Below, piece by piece: positions 35,568-54,411 of a stretch of 64,000 bases of DNA. The translations under genes were made by a program, and so were the position numbers. The DNA is from Eledone cirrhosa (lineage: Eukaryota), in NCBI GenBank assembly GCA_964016885.1, contig OZ024740.1:112902001-112966000 (forward strand), written 5' to 3'. The notes below the pieces were generated by a model, which was not told the DNA's origin, did no database searches, and was given only the letters and a program-made list of their open reading frames with translations. Numbering within the stretch: position 1 is the stretch's first letter; each line of letters begins with the position of its first letter.

Positions 35568-35750
35568 TAATTGTTTCTACTTTTGGCACAATGCCAGCAA
35601 TTATTCCAGAACATACTGGTATTATTTTATCGACCACGTAAGGATGAAAGGCAAAGTGAACCTCAGCGGGATTTGAACTGAGACTATAAAGGGGCGTAAC
35701 TCTATGCTGTAACGCATGGCGTTCGACCTCCTACCGATACTGCCAATATC
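35568..35750 (-). mobile_element. tRNA-type SINE with 14-bp TSD
   Basis: Same family as 12132; GTCGCAAATATAAT at 35558-35571 and 35754-35767. Confidence 0.85.
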
Positions 35751-35940
35751 CCTGTCGCAAATATAATGAAGAAACATAAGAAAGGGAGAGAGAGAGAGAG
35801 GGAGAGAGAAAGAGAGAGAAAGAAAGAAAGAATGAAGGTAGTGAGAGGGGAGAGAACAAAATGGAATTGAGAAAGGGGAACAGAAGGATAGATGTAAACG
35901 AAATGAACGGATTATAGAAACAAACATTATAAACTATAAA

Positions 35941-36130
35941 GGGCGGTGGATTGGCAGTATCGGTAGAGGGTCGGACGCCATGCTTTCCAGCATAGTTACG
36001 TCCCTTTACGATCTGAGTTCAAATCCCGCCGAGGTTGACTTTGCCTTTCATCCTTACGGGGTCGATAAAATAAAGTACCAGTAATGCACTGGGTAATTGC
36101 TGGCCTTGTGCCTAAAGTAGAAACAATTAT
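35941..36130 (+). mobile_element. tRNA-type SINE with 13-bp TSD
   Basis: ATTATAAACTATA at 35926-35938 and 36126-36138. Confidence 0.85.
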
Positions 36131-36602
36131 AAACTATAGTGAAAAGAGAAAAGCAAAATTTCGATGACATAATCAAAAATATTGAAAGCAGAAGACGAAA
36201 AAAGAATGATTATCAAAAATCAGTGAAAAGTACGATAATAAAGATGGCAAGACTTTTGGTCTCTAGACTATCAACTATGAAGATCTTCCATACAATAGTT
36301 ATATATATATATATGTGAAAAATATGGGGAAAGGAATACTGCATGGTTGCACATGGATTACATGTTATAAAATGAGTCCCTCATCAGTGATTTGCCAACG
36401 ATCATTGGTATTTCATCGCATTAAAAATCATATATCTCACGTTGGTGCGATAATAACTAAAATAAGTTATTAGGACAATGAAACGCGTAAAGCGAGTGAG
36501 ACAAGTAAACAACACAGGGGAAAGCTAACCGAAAATAGAAAGAAACACAAGCAACATGGTTATTCTGTCAGTATAAGCTGGGTGAATATATATATATATA
36601 TA

Positions 36603-36795
36603 TGAAAAAGTATGACCCCGACGGCAGAGCTCAAGCCGTTTCGACGGCTATTTCTGGACTGAAATAGCCGTCGAAACGGTTTGAGCTCTGCTGTCGGGGT
36701 CATACATTTTCCTATTTCCCACTCTACTACCCTAAGTTTTGAGTACTCTGGTGCGTTATGGTCCATCTGGTTCCTTACCACAGTTCCTTTGTTAT
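36603..36795 (+). mobile_element. Family B palindromic element
   Basis: Hairpin centred near 36657 plus tail; (TA)n flanks. Confidence 0.8.
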
Positions 36796-36851
36796 ATATA
36801 TATATATATACAGACATTTTTTCCAATTCAATTTTTGGTACCCTTGAAATA

Positions 36852-37204
36852 TCTATATTACTAAACTAATATTACTAAATCTATATTACTAAACTATATT
36901 ACTAAAACAGAGAATGTCTGTTTGGCTGTCTGTCTGTCTATCTGTCTGTACAATCACTAAAACGCGAGAACCACGCAACCGATTGTTTTCAAACTTTACA
37001 CATGTAATACTTATGGTCCTATTGAGTGTTCTGAGCAAAAGAAATTTCAAATTTTCAATGCCCTAGGTACCGCATTAGGCAATTTAGCGATCTCTTTCCC
37101 TCTCTCTTAGTCTTTCTCTTTTTAGATAGATACATAGATATTACGTTGCGCCCTTATAATATCTGTCTGTATGCCTAGCTGTCTGCATTACGTCATTATG
37201 ACGT

Positions 37205-37271
<67 letters not shown>

Positions 37272-37757
37272 ATATATAGTGTGTGTATATATATATATAG
37301 TGTGTAACGTTTTTCGAAATATTTACTTCTGCGTTCACAGATTTATTATTTTAGTTTCAGAAGATCCCGTTAAGGGTGAAAGTAGCGATTCTTTGCTTAA
37401 ACTTTAATCTGTTATTTTAATATATATTCGTGTACAGATATGTTTGCATACAGATATAAATAGAAGTATTTATTTCGCGATAAAGTATTGATTTTCTTCG
37501 AACGGAAAAAATCCTGGTAATGTACGACGAACTTTTTTTATAAGCACAACATGTAGACACCAGCCCGAGATCGAGGTATTCCGTACTTCTCTGTACTGTT
37601 ATTTCAATATTCGTGTACAGATAATCTTGCATACACAATAATAAAATATTAATATAAACAAACGTATTTATTTCACGAGGCTCAATAAGGATAAATATAT
37701 ATCACATATATAAGAACCCTAGAGCAAATCCTGAGCAACGCCTGGCCATTCTGCTAG
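36852..37757 (+). mobile_element. Non-autonomous Helitron
   Basis: A|TC 5' end, GC-rich subterminal segment, CTAG|T 3' end, no TSD; the rejoined flanks match the element at 2000-2075. Confidence 0.8.
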
Positions 37758-37903
37758 TATATAATGAAATAAATATGGTTTTACAAATATAGTTTCCATT
37801 TATCAATATCATTGATATTGTACTCCAGGAAATTTGTCGAGTGCTTCGAATCTGTTATAAATAAATTTGTTGAATTACCAGCAAATTAAATATCTCTTTG
37901 CTA

Positions 37904-37939
<36 letters not shown>

Positions 37940-37941
<2 letters not shown>

Positions 37942-39265
37942 CAATAATGGAGCTGCGGCGCTGCAAATGGGTTACATATGAAAAAGTTTGTCCTCATCAG
38001 TGGCCTTCCAACCGTCGTAGGCATTTCGTCGCATTAAAGTTCATATACCTCAGGTTGGTGCGAGCAACGGCTAAAAAAAGTCGTTGGGACACGTAAATAA
38101 GGGGGACGCTAGGGTAAACAAACAAAATGCAGTCTCTCTCTCTCTGTTAGCCTCTTCCTCACCTTTCACTCACTCACTCTCTGTCACTACCTCTCCTCCT
38201 CTCCTTTCTTCCCGTTTGACCTGTCCGTAATCCTTTTCTCGCGGGCACTTGACCAAGCCGGTATGAATTTTTTTTCTCTCTCTCTCGTCTGCGACTTCAC
38301 AGAACTTATGTTTACCGAATTCGCAGACCAGACCCCATCTTCCTCCCGTTAGACCTGTGCGAAATTCCTTCCTTGCTCACATTTCAACCAGGTTTGATGG
38401 TCTTTATTCTCTCGTTCACGATTCCACCGAATTTATATTCATAGAAATCTGGGACTTGTTTCTTCTTCATCACTTTCTGTTGCTTAAACCATTTTGTTTG
38501 TTTACCCTAGCGTCCCCCTTATTTACGTGTCCCAACGACTTTTTTTAGCCGATGCTCGCACCAATCTGAGGTATATGGCCTTTAATGCGACGAAATGCCT
38601 ACGACGGTTGGCAGGCCACTGATGAAGGACAAACTTTTTCATATGTAACCCATTTGCAGCGCCGCAGCTCCATTATTATCATATTTACACATATATTTTT
38701 CCTCCGCTGCCACCAGTCTGTTTCGTTCTTTGTGTCTTTACCCTTTCTAGCAGTCTCTCTCTCTCTGTTAGCCTCTTCCTCACCTTTCACTCACTCACTC
38801 TCTGTCACTATCTCTCCTCCTCCCCTCTCTTCCCGTTTGACCTGTCCGTAATCCTTTTCTCGCGGACACTTGACCAAGCCGGTATGAATTTTTTTTCTCT
38901 CTCTCTCGTCTGCGACTTCACAGAACTTATGTTTACCGAATTCGCAGACCAGACCCCTTCTTCCTCCCGTTAGACCTGTGCGAAATTCCTTCCTTGCTCA
39001 CATTTCAACCAGGTCTGATGGTCTTTATTCTCTCGTTCACGATTCCACCGAATTTATATTCATAGAAATCTGGGACTTGTTTCTTCTTCATCACTTTCTG
39101 TTGCTTAAACCATTTTGTTTCTTTACCCTAGCGTCCCCTTTATTTACGTGTCCCAACGACTTTTTTTAGCCGTTGCTCGCACCAACCTGAGGTATATGGC
39201 CATTAATGCGACGAAATGCCTACGACAGTTGGAAGGACACTGATGTGGACAAACTTTTTCATATA
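37940..39265 (+). mobile_element. Family C: inverted arm plus tandem 621-bp units
   Basis: Identical pseudo-ORF starts at 38357 and 38978 (period 621); 37940-38128 is the reverse complement of ~38490-38680. Confidence 0.8.
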
Positions 39266-39282
39266 TATATATATATATATAT

Positions 39283-39580
39283 ACTAGCAGAAAAAACCGC
39301 CCTTAGGGTGGTTTCTGCTAGCAGGAGTAGTGTATATATTGATATTATACGCAGGCATATATACATATAGATATGATACATCAAATGAAATCGTAATTGA
39401 CAATATAAACAGAAATTGAACAGAGACGTTGTTACACTCTTATGTAATCAGTAACGTAATCCATGATACATTAAAAAAGACGATATTATATATAAACTGC
39501 ATTAGGAGAAAATTAGTGACAGAAAATAAGTATGTTTATTTAAGTGATCGCCGCCGGAAGTGTTGACATCACAAACTCTC
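39283..39580 (-). mobile_element. Possible Helitron 3' end fragment
   Basis: Minus strand ACCACCCTAAGGGCGGT hairpin followed by CTGCTAG|T; the 5' boundary is uncertain. Confidence 0.45.
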
Positions 39581-39740
39581 TCTTTCTATATATATATATA
39601 TATGGTAGTTGAAGTGGTGATGGTGGTGGCAACAATATACCGGAAGTGCAACTTTGGAAAGAAGTCAATTTTAAATTATTTATTTTTACGAAATTATTTT
39701 TGTTTACGAAATTTAGTAGATAAATTATGTAATATTCATT

Positions 39741-39928
39741 AGTGGTGAATTGGCAGTATCGGTAGAGGGTCGGGCGCCATGCTTTGCAGCACAGTTATGT
39801 CCCTTTACGGACTGAGTTCGAATCCCGCCGAGGTTAACTTTGTCTTTCATCCTTATGGGGTCGATAAAATAAAGTACCAGTAATGCACTGAGTTATTGCT
39901 GGCCTTGTGCCAAAAGTAGAAACAATTA
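39741..39928 (+). mobile_element. tRNA-type SINE
   Basis: Same family as 12132 and 35941; B-box GAGTTCGAATCCC. Confidence 0.85.
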
Positions 39929-40024
39929 TTTATTCAAAGTAATCCAACTTATTTTACTAACGGGATAACAAAAAATAAACCGTACGCACTCCCGCATACC
40001 TTCCTTTATTATATATATATATTT

Positions 40025-40317
40025 ACATGGAACATGACCACAGGAGCGGAAGGCCCTCAACCACCAGGACTATATAAGCCTGGAGGTTGAGGAAAAAGAG
40101 GAAGAGAGGAAAGGAGTACTCACTCTTGTTGCTCCTGGAGATGAGGGTTGTACATTTTTTCGGGATGTATTCAACCCCTGTGTAACGCCTCCCTCCTATT
40201 GAGGATTTCAATTGTTATTTGTTGTTTTATTAATAGTTTTATTTTCATATACCTGTATGTAAACACCCCATTTGTATTTGTCCCCTTCTTTTGTGCCCTT
40301 GTGGCTAATAAAGAAAT

Positions 40318-40349
<32 letters not shown>

Positions 40350-40350
40350 A
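40025..40350 (+). mobile_element. Tx1-like LINE 3' end with (TATC)n tail
   Basis: Homologous to the 21660-21925 UTR; AATAAAGAAATTTATCTATCTATC. Confidence 0.75.
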
Positions 40351-40579
40351 TCTGTAAATAAAGAAATCTATCTATCTATATCTGTAATATTTTTTCTCTA
40401 TTAGTTTATTTTATACAGACATATTCTTACAAACACATCCACCTTGATACACTCCGTCACTCCACACTCTCTTTATCGATCTTATTTTTTACCCTCTCTT
40501 CATGTGTGTACGCGCGTGTATATGCATGCTCATGTTTCTATATATGAGTGTGTTTGAATGCATATATATATATATATAT

Positions 40580-41215
40580 ACGTAGTTTAGAAAGCCACAA
40601 CAATGCAGAGGGAAATCTCGAGGTAGGAAGAGAATGATAGATAGGAGAAATAGGATAAAGTGAAAATTGAGAGAGACAAAGATGAAAACAAAACAAAGGT
40701 AGAAGGGTTACCGTAGTGGAGATTTAATCCCAATATTTCGGGCTCACGCCCATCAACGGGGAAAAGTTCCAAAAGGGGGGGGGGGGGGAACAGGCTAAGC
40801 GGAGAAAGTTGTGATGTCGTTAAAACAGGAATATCACAACTTTCTCCGCTTAGCCTGTTCCCCCCCTTTTGGAACTTTCCCCCGTTGATGGGCGTGAGCC
40901 CGAAATATTGGGATTAAATCTCCACTACGGTAACCATTCTACCTTTGTTTTGTTTTCATCTTTGTCTCTCTCAATTTTCACTTTATCCTATTTCTCCTAT
41001 CTATCATTCACTTCCTACCTCGAGATTTCCCTCTGCATTGTTGTGGCTTTCTAAACTACGTATTTCACACATTTCACAATGCTTCAAGCAAACTTTAACA
41101 CCCTCTTATATATATATATATATGTGTGTGTGTGTTCTTGTCTGATGACCCTGTGATAAACAGGCGAAACTCCAGAGTAATAAGACGCACTATACGCCTT
41201 AATAAAATGAAAAAA
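40580..41215 (+). mobile_element. Fold-back PLE-type terminal element
   Basis: Arms of ~230 bp (40580-40817 / 40832-41062), followed by an HHR. Confidence 0.75.
41136..41185 (+). ncRNA. Minimal type I hammerhead ribozyme
   Basis: TCTTGT/ATAAGA; CTGATGA 41142-41148; CCTGT/ACAGG; GAAA 41166-41169; CTC-CA-GAG; GTA. Confidence 0.88.
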
Positions 41216-41242
41216 AATACATGTGTGTGTGTGTGCGTGCGT

Positions 41243-41313
<71 letters not shown>

Positions 41314-41929
41314 TGCACGCGTGTGTGTTTGTATTTATGCGTGTGCAAGTTTGTATGTGTGTGTTTATCTTTCCATCTATTATTGCTTCTGTTTTTTTTA
41401 CTGTGCTCTTTCCTTTTTTTTCTTTCTTTTCATCCTTCCTACCTTCATTCTTTCTTATTTTCATTTATTTTCATCTTTTCCGACTCTTTATATGTATTCC
41501 ATTTCTCAAAGCTACTTGGGATTTCAGTTCCTTTGAACATTCAAACCGCTTCTTTCTTCAAAGGCTACATATCACAATTGGAATATTCGAAGAGATGCCA
41601 GTATGACCGTCTGTCTGTCTGACTATCTGTCCGTTTGTCTGCCTGCCAGTCTCTGTGCTTGTCAGTCTACCTATCTGTATCGCTCTTTCTCTTTATCTCG
41701 TTATCTATCTTTTTCTCTGTCAGCCTGTGTTACTCTCTGTTACATTCAATCTTCTCTCTTTTACTCTCTATGTGATTTTACTCTTTTACTCTCCCACACC
41801 CACTTACCGACTTCTTTACTCTTCTCATTCCCTTTCCAGACTTTTTGTTTTGCACTTTTCTCTTTTTTTCATAAGATTTTCTTTCGTCCTTCATTTGATC
41901 ATTTAACAACCATTTTCTTTCTTTTTTCA

Positions 41930-42400
41930 GGAGGACACCAGTATTGCCAATTGGTTAAGAAGCTCGATTTATAATCCTTAAGTTGATCCAACTGTGTATC
42001 AACCTAAGCAGGTGCCATTTACAAATTCATTGAGTCGACCCAAGCCTTGTGAGTGAAACTGGAATCAACTTGAGCAAGTGTCATTTACCAATTCCTCGAG
42101 TCAACCAAAACCTTCTGAGTGAAACTATGATCAACTTGAGCAGGTGTCATTTACCAATTTCTCGGATCGATCCAAGCCTTGCGATTGAAACTGGGTAGAT
42201 TGAAGCTCTCTAGAAATACGTCGGATCGACTGTACCTATATTACAAAAGAGAAAGCCTTGTTACACACATTGTCACATAGCATCTCCCCGAGGAATTATG
42301 TTAAGGTTACACGTATCTGTGGGAGTTTCAGCCACTTGCACGTTAATAAAATGAGCATGCTATATCATTAATCGAACAACTGGAACACACGTCGTTGGAT
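41930..42400 (+). mobile_element. Degenerate SINE with three ~65-bp internal tandem repeats
   Basis: TCAAC(C/T)T(A/G)AGCA(G/A)GTG.CATTTAC unit at ~41999, 42065 and 42131. Confidence 0.55.
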
Positions 42401-43062
42401 CCGACTGAAATTGATTTTGCCTTCCTCTTATACGCGAAGGCCTGACATTAGTGCACGGCATGAGGAATCAGGAATATTTCGTCACATTCACTTATAGGTT
42501 CAATATACATTAGCACTGGTTATATTAAGTATAGGCTAAGGTAAGTTTAGTTTAGAATTAGTTATAGTAAGGATTCGTTAGTATTAGGGTTAAGTTGAGA
42601 GTTAGAATTCATTAGGATTCCCAAACCCGATGGCGTGTTGGGACTTGAACAACTCATTTCCTGTTGCTTCTGTCTAGTAAGGTAACAATAAATAAATAAC
42701 TAAATAAATAAATACCAGCAGCAGCTGGTGCTCGGGAGGGACCAACCACGCTGTAGACTGGCGTCCAGTGCAAAGGGGAAGTCGCGTAAAGTATCATGAA
42801 ACCGAGATAAGCTCTGGTATTCGTGTAACTCGCGTAAAGCAAGAAAGAATGGCCGATGACGTAAGTGTTATAATAAAATAGATTGATCAAGTATTTCAGC
42901 AGTACTATTTTATTGATGGCGGAAGGAGAAAAGGTTAAACAGACTTCTGCAGGATTCGAACTGAAACCTAAAATGGAGTTCTACTGATTTTGGCAATCCA
43001 CCATTATTTCTTCTGTCACTACGACTACAAGATCATAACTTAATACACACACATATATACAG

Positions 43063-43189
<127 letters not shown>

Positions 43190-43396
43190 TATATATATAG
43201 ATAGATAAATCTATCAAAATATACGGTAGTGTCCAATCCGTATGAAGAACTCAATGTACTCCAAATATAGAAGATATCACGAAAAGAGAAGATGCATTAA
43301 ACATTTTACGATAAAAATCATAGGAAAACAGAGTCAAGATAAATTAATAAAAACAATGAAATAAAAACAAAGAACAAGTTCCTTATATTAAAAAGT

Positions 43397-43532
43397 TCAT
43401 CATTTTACGATCGTTTCTGGGATGTATATGTGTGTTGGTATGTATATCATATAGATCTATGTAAAAGTATTACAAATTATCAGAGGAAATATACATACCT
43501 TCACATATACATGCCGTCCTCAGAAATGATGA
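43397..43532 (-). ncRNA. Type I hammerhead with long stem II (inverted copy)
   Basis: Reverse complement of 45972-46110. Confidence 0.7.
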
Positions 43533-45971
43533 GATGTGTTTATTGAAAAAAACAAAGAATTAATATAAAGGGTCTGTTTGGGAACAGGTTTTGAATTGAC
43601 CAATAGAAAAGGAGTTAGAGGTCAAGTTGATAGAATAACAGTAGTATAAATTAAATCTAGGGGTAGAGGAGTGCAGACTTATGCTTTGAATGAAAAGAAT
43701 ACTATGGAGATGAAATGAGGTCAAGTCAAGAAGATAGTGAAGGGTACACGAAAATTTGATGTTATTAAAAAATATTGTTAAAAACGAAGGAAAATAAAAT
43801 TTTAGGGTAAGGGTATTAGTGAGAAATACCTATCTTATTTAAACCACAAGGAATCTAGATATATAATTAAATTAATTGATAGGTATACTTACAGGGATAA
43901 AGTTATATTAATTCATATGAATGTGATAAATAAAAACTTGATATGTTATTAAAGAATGTTGTTAAAAACGAAGGAAAATAAAATTTTGGGATAATGGTAT
44001 TAGTGAGAAATACCAATCTTATTTAAACTACGAAGAATCTAAATACATAACAGGAAATTAAATTAATTCATATGAATGTGATAAATAAATAAATAAGAAA
44101 TTAAAGCAATAAAAAATAAAAAATAAATATATGGAAAAACTGAAGTAGATAACATTTTTTTATAAAGTGTATTGTATCTATACGGACATTGATGATATTA
44201 AAGATATTAATTATATTTAATAATCATAGGTATTAAATGTGAAAAATAGGGGATGCGATTAAATGAAGTAGTGTGGTTAAAAGTAATTTTAGGAAAAGAG
44301 AGCTGTAAGAGCGAAATAAAAATATGAAGTTCTCTGTAGTAAAATATTAATTATAGGTTAACTAAATAAAAAAAAAACAATTATAATAATTTGTAAAATA
44401 TAAAAGTAAGGTGTATATTAATTACTACCAAAAATATACAACAGAATATAAGTGCGTACAACGCATATAAGTGTAAAAAAAACATAAATATACCACCAAC
44501 ACATCAAACCAACCATAATAATACTAAAATAAACCATATAAAACCACCATCTTCTTCACCTATAACAAGTCCTGTAAACTCCACACCAAATTTGACTAAC
44601 TTCCCTGATATAATATTTACGATTGGTTGTAACTGTAGAATCAAAAGAAAGTGCCCATTAAAGGGAAATTGTCTTATTTATAACATAGTCTATAAATGTA
44701 AAATTAGCACTAAGGACTCCACTTATTCATATATAGGAGCTACATCTAACCAATTTAAAGTAAGATTTAATACCCACAAACATAGTTTTAAAAATGCCGC
44801 ATTAGCTAATACAACATCCTTGGCTGAAACAATTAATAATTTAGAAAGAAGAACATCGATTACAACCTGACCTGGAGCGTGCTCAAAAGGGCCACCCCTT
44901 ATCAAAATAGCAGATATGAGTGTTGGTTATGCTCCCAAGAACTTTTTGAAATCATGAAATCTCAGGATATCCTATTAAATAAGCGACAGAAATTAATTAT
45001 ATCTTGCAATCATAGAATTAGAAGAACCTTCAAATATTATAAACCTAATTAATATACACCTTACACTTATATTTTACAAATTATTATATTTGTTTATTTT
45101 TAAATTTAGTTAACCTATAATTAGTATTTTACTACAGAGAACTTCATATTTTTATTTCCCTCTTACAGCTCTCTTTTCCTAAAGTTATTTTTAACCACAC
45201 TACTTCATTTAATCGCATCCACTATTTATCACATTTAATACCTATGATTATTAAATATAATTAATATCTTTAATATCATCAATGTCCGTATAGATATAAT
45301 ACACTTTATAAACATTTTTTATCTACTTCAGTTTTTCCATATATTTATTTTTTATTTTTTATTGCTTTAATTTCTTATTTCTTTATTCATCACATTCATA
45401 TGAATTAATATAATTTTATCCCTGTAAGTATACCTATAAATTAATTTAATTTCCTGTTATGTATTTAGATTACTTGTAGTTTAATAATATTTGTATTTCT
45501 CACTAATACCCTTATTCCAAAATTTTATTTTCCTTCGTTTTTAACAACATTCTTTAATAACATCAAGTTTTTATTTATCACATTCATATGAATTAATATA
45601 ACTTTATCCTTGTAAGTATACCTATCAATTAATTTAATTATATATCTAGATTCCTTGTGGTTTAAATAAGATAGGTATTTCTCACTAATACCCTTACCCT
45701 AAAATGTTATTTTCCTTCGTTTTTAACAATATTCTTTAATAATATCAAATTTTCGTGTACCCTTCACTATCTTCTTGGCTTGACCTCATTTCATCTCCAT
45801 AGTATTCTTTTCATTCAAAGCATAAGTCTGCACTCCTCTACCCCTAGATTTAATTTATACTACTGTTATTCTATCAACTTGACCTCTAACTCCTTTTCTA
45901 TTGGCCAATTCAAAACCTGTTCCCAAACAGACCCTTTATATTAATTCTTTGTTTTTTTCAATAAACACATC

Positions 45972-46110
45972 TCATCATTTCTGAGGACAGCATGTATATG
46001 TGAAGGTATGTATATTTCCTCTGATAATTTGTAATACTTTTACATAGATCTTAAACATGATATACATACCGACACACATATACATCCCAGAAACGATCGT
46101 AAAATGGTGA
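45972..46110 (+). ncRNA. Type I hammerhead with ~100-nt stem II domain
   Basis: TCATCATTT/AAATGGTGA; CTGAGGA 45981-45987; ATGTATATGTG/CACATATACAT; GAAA 46090-46093; palindrome CGATCG; GTA. Confidence 0.75.
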
Positions 46111-46163
46111 ATTGTTTTAATATAAGGAACTTGTTCTTTGTTTTTATTTAATTGTTTTTATTA

Positions 46164-46267
<104 letters not shown>

Positions 46268-46551
46268 ACACATATACACACACAAACACGTAAACCCACA
46301 CGCATATACACATATACATACACAGGACAAATGATTTTCAGCACGAAACTGTGTCTTTGAGTCACTGATGTACCTTCACGGTAATAATAAAATATATATA
46401 TTGTTTTTATTTTTACCCTTTGTACAAACAAGCCTAGACACACACAGGCACACACATGCATATCTCTCTCTCTATATAAATATATATATAAATATATATA
46501 TAAATATATATATATATGTATATATATATACATACACACACACACACACAC

Positions 46552-46593
<42 letters not shown>

Positions 46594-46595
46594 CG

Positions 46596-46637
<42 letters not shown>

Positions 46638-46640
<3 letters not shown>

Positions 46641-46727
46641 GGTGTCCCGAAAAATGTATACACACTTTGATTAACTGTACAGGTAATATTTATGCTGAAG
46701 TGTGTATACATTTTTGGGGACACCCTG
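46638..46727. mobile_element. Tc1/mariner-type MITE (90 bp)
   Basis: 30-bp TIRs CAGGGTGTCCC.AAAAATGTATACACACTT; TA on the left, TG on the right. Confidence 0.8.
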
Positions 46728-47817
46728 TGTATATGTGTATATAATACTATATATAAATGTAAAAAGAACCTTCCCGGAAAACAGCTATAACAAAAAGTGA
46801 CAAAAGGAAACTATCGCTCTAATGTCTTTTTTTTTCTCATACATCACATCTACATATACACATATAGACAGCTACATAAACACATACAAACATACACATC
46901 TAAATATACACATATAGACAGCTACATAAACACATACACACACTTACACAGCTACATAAACTCATATACACACATATACAGCTACATAAACACATACACA
47001 CATAGACAGCTACATATACACGGTTACATATACACACATATACACACGTATACACACATATCTACACCTCCACACGTACACACCTACATATACACAGTTA
47101 CTTATACAGATATATACACATATACACATATACACATATACTTATACACACACATATATATATTCATATACTTATACTTATATACATATACTTATACACA
47201 CATATATACACATATACACATAAACACATATATATATACACATATACACACATATCTACACCTTCACACCTACACATATACACATATACACGTATACAAG
47301 CCTACGCATACTCACATACGAACCTGCTTTATACAAAAGTACACATTTATATATACACACACACACATGCACGTATAACTCTACACATATCCTCGCATTC
47401 CACTGACATAGCTCCACTCTTCACCAACTGTAACTGTATACTTACATATACACACATACTCCACAACCACGGGGCATACAAAGACGACGTCATATCCTCG
47501 ATCCCCAGCAACAGCACACTCACATACCCCCACAACCAAGGGGCATCAAATAAAAATACAGTCATTGAAGACCAAAGAAATAAGAGAAAAAAAAAATAAA
47601 CAAAAAACAAAAAACAACAACAACAACAACAAAAAAACTCCAGTTTGACAGACAATATAAGAAGTTAGGACAGAAGCCAATAAATGTCTCCGGTGAAAAT
47701 ATATGAAACGGTCTGTTGGTAGCGACATCTAGTGTCGGATTACAGAACTGTCGTCGACGAGGAGCTAACGTTCTTGACATCTCTGCATAAAAGTGTGTAT
47801 ATGTGAAGGTTTGTGGT

Positions 47818-47918
<101 letters not shown>

Positions 47919-48374
47919 TTCTCTCTTTGTATATATATATATATATATATACACACAAATATACATACATATATATATGTGTGTGTGTGTGTTCGTATGT
48001 GTAAACTGAAGTAAACGGAAAAAATACAACAGTTCAATGAAGATATATATTAGATTAGCATTTAATATAATAGGAAAAGTTTCGACGTTTTGGGCACTAA
48101 TGCTTCGTCAGAAAAATAGAGTGAGAAATTAAAGGAGAAAGAGAAATAGAGGGGAGATTGGGCAGCGGCATAAAAGAAAAACAGTTCTTCGAGAAAATGC
48201 AGGTCAGTTCATTTCACCATCTCCTTGAAAACTATTGATAGTGTTGGAAGTTCAATTGGCCGTCTTTTGAAAGATTGTGATTCGACAGTCGATCGACTTT
48301 CGTCAAATCGGACCGAGGAAACAATGTTTCCTGTGGTCTTTCCAATTGCTAAAACTATCTATCGGTCGCAACTC

Positions 48375-48500
48375 TAGGTAGAAGGAGCAACGTGAAATAC
48401 AGGGTCTTGCTCAAGGACATAACGCATCGCCTGGTCCAGGAATCGAACTCACAACCTCACAATTGCGAATCCAATTCTCTAACCAATCAGCCACACGCCT
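48375..48500 (-). mobile_element. tRNA/CORE-type SINE head
   Basis: Minus strand GTGTGGCTGATTGGTTAGA..GAGTTCGATTCC..GTGTCCTTGAGCAAG-like segment. Confidence 0.65.
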
Positions 48501-49256
48501 TCACTCGGATTAAAGACACCTATATCGTGTTGAAAATGAAAAATATTGTATTTAGAGTGCATATGTAGGTAAATGTTTGAGGGTGTGTGTGTGTGATCTT
48601 TGTTGGTTCGTACAGAGTTATGAATGTAAGTATAGAGGTATATGCGTGTTTGTTGTTCGTTTCCATAAAGCTGTGAGGGTGTGTTTGTGACCGTAAGAGA
48701 AGTGTAGGAAACTTGAGGGGCCAATGAGCACGCGCATATGACAGCGGATGCAATAGCAGTGACAATGGCTTAGGATGTGGAAGCATAGGTGGATATGATT
48801 CCGGAGAGGTAGAACGGTGGGGTAGTAGGTGAGGGGAAAAGGAAGGCGGATTTTGGGTGTATGGTCGTGGGTTGAAGAGATGACATACGGTCGTTTCAAC
48901 GGGTTCGAGTGAGGCCAGCTTAGTTAAGGTTGGGAACATATTCACGGTAGATGAAGCGCCGGACCTTGGGTCTTGAAATAGCGGTCCTTGCTACAGAGCC
49001 GACGATGAGGGAGGAATTGGGAGTAGGGGACGGAGAGTTTGGTGCGGGTGGAGTAGGAGGTAGTGAAGTTAAGGTAAGAGTGTATGTGTCGATGGCTGTG
49101 TAGAAAATGGACGATGTGAGGGAGTGCTGAGAGGGGTTAACAAAGAGGGAGATGTCCTGACATTGGATTATATATTACGTGTGTCGTGTGTATGAATATA
49201 CAAATATATAGATATAGATAAATTAACATAGGTAAATAATATAATATATATGTATA

Positions 49257-49338
<82 letters not shown>

Positions 49339-49400
49339 TGTTTATATGTATATAATATATGTATATATATGTATATATATGTATATATGTATATATATAT

Positions 49401-49615
49401 AACGAAGGAAATGTGGTAAGGAACCATGTGGACCATAACACACCAAAGTACTCAATACTTAGGGTAGTAGAGTGGGTAATAGGAACGAGTAGGACCCCGA
49501 CGGCTGAGCTGAAGCCGTTTCGACGGCTAATTCTCGACTAAATGAACATTTTTATCCTGGTATATCAGCCGTCAAAACGGCTTGAGCTCAGCCGTCGGGG
49601 TCCTACTCGTTCCTA
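49401..49615 (-). mobile_element. Family B palindromic element (longer loop)
   Basis: Homologous to 34752-34945; ~40-nt loop. Confidence 0.8.

Positions 49616-54410
<4,795 letters not shown>

Positions 54411-54411
<1 letters not shown>

Noticed and set aside
38585-38635. Permuted (type II/III) hammerhead in family C
   Set aside because: Stem II and the UH site do not close; kept only as an unexplained motif.
41990-42190. CRISPR-like repeat array
   Set aside because: The units are degenerate tandem repeats inside a SINE, with no unique spacers and no cas genes, in eukaryotic DNA.
48070-48115. Minus-strand CTGACGA...AAAACGTC HHR-like relic
   Set aside because: The GAAA is mutated and the stems are weak.
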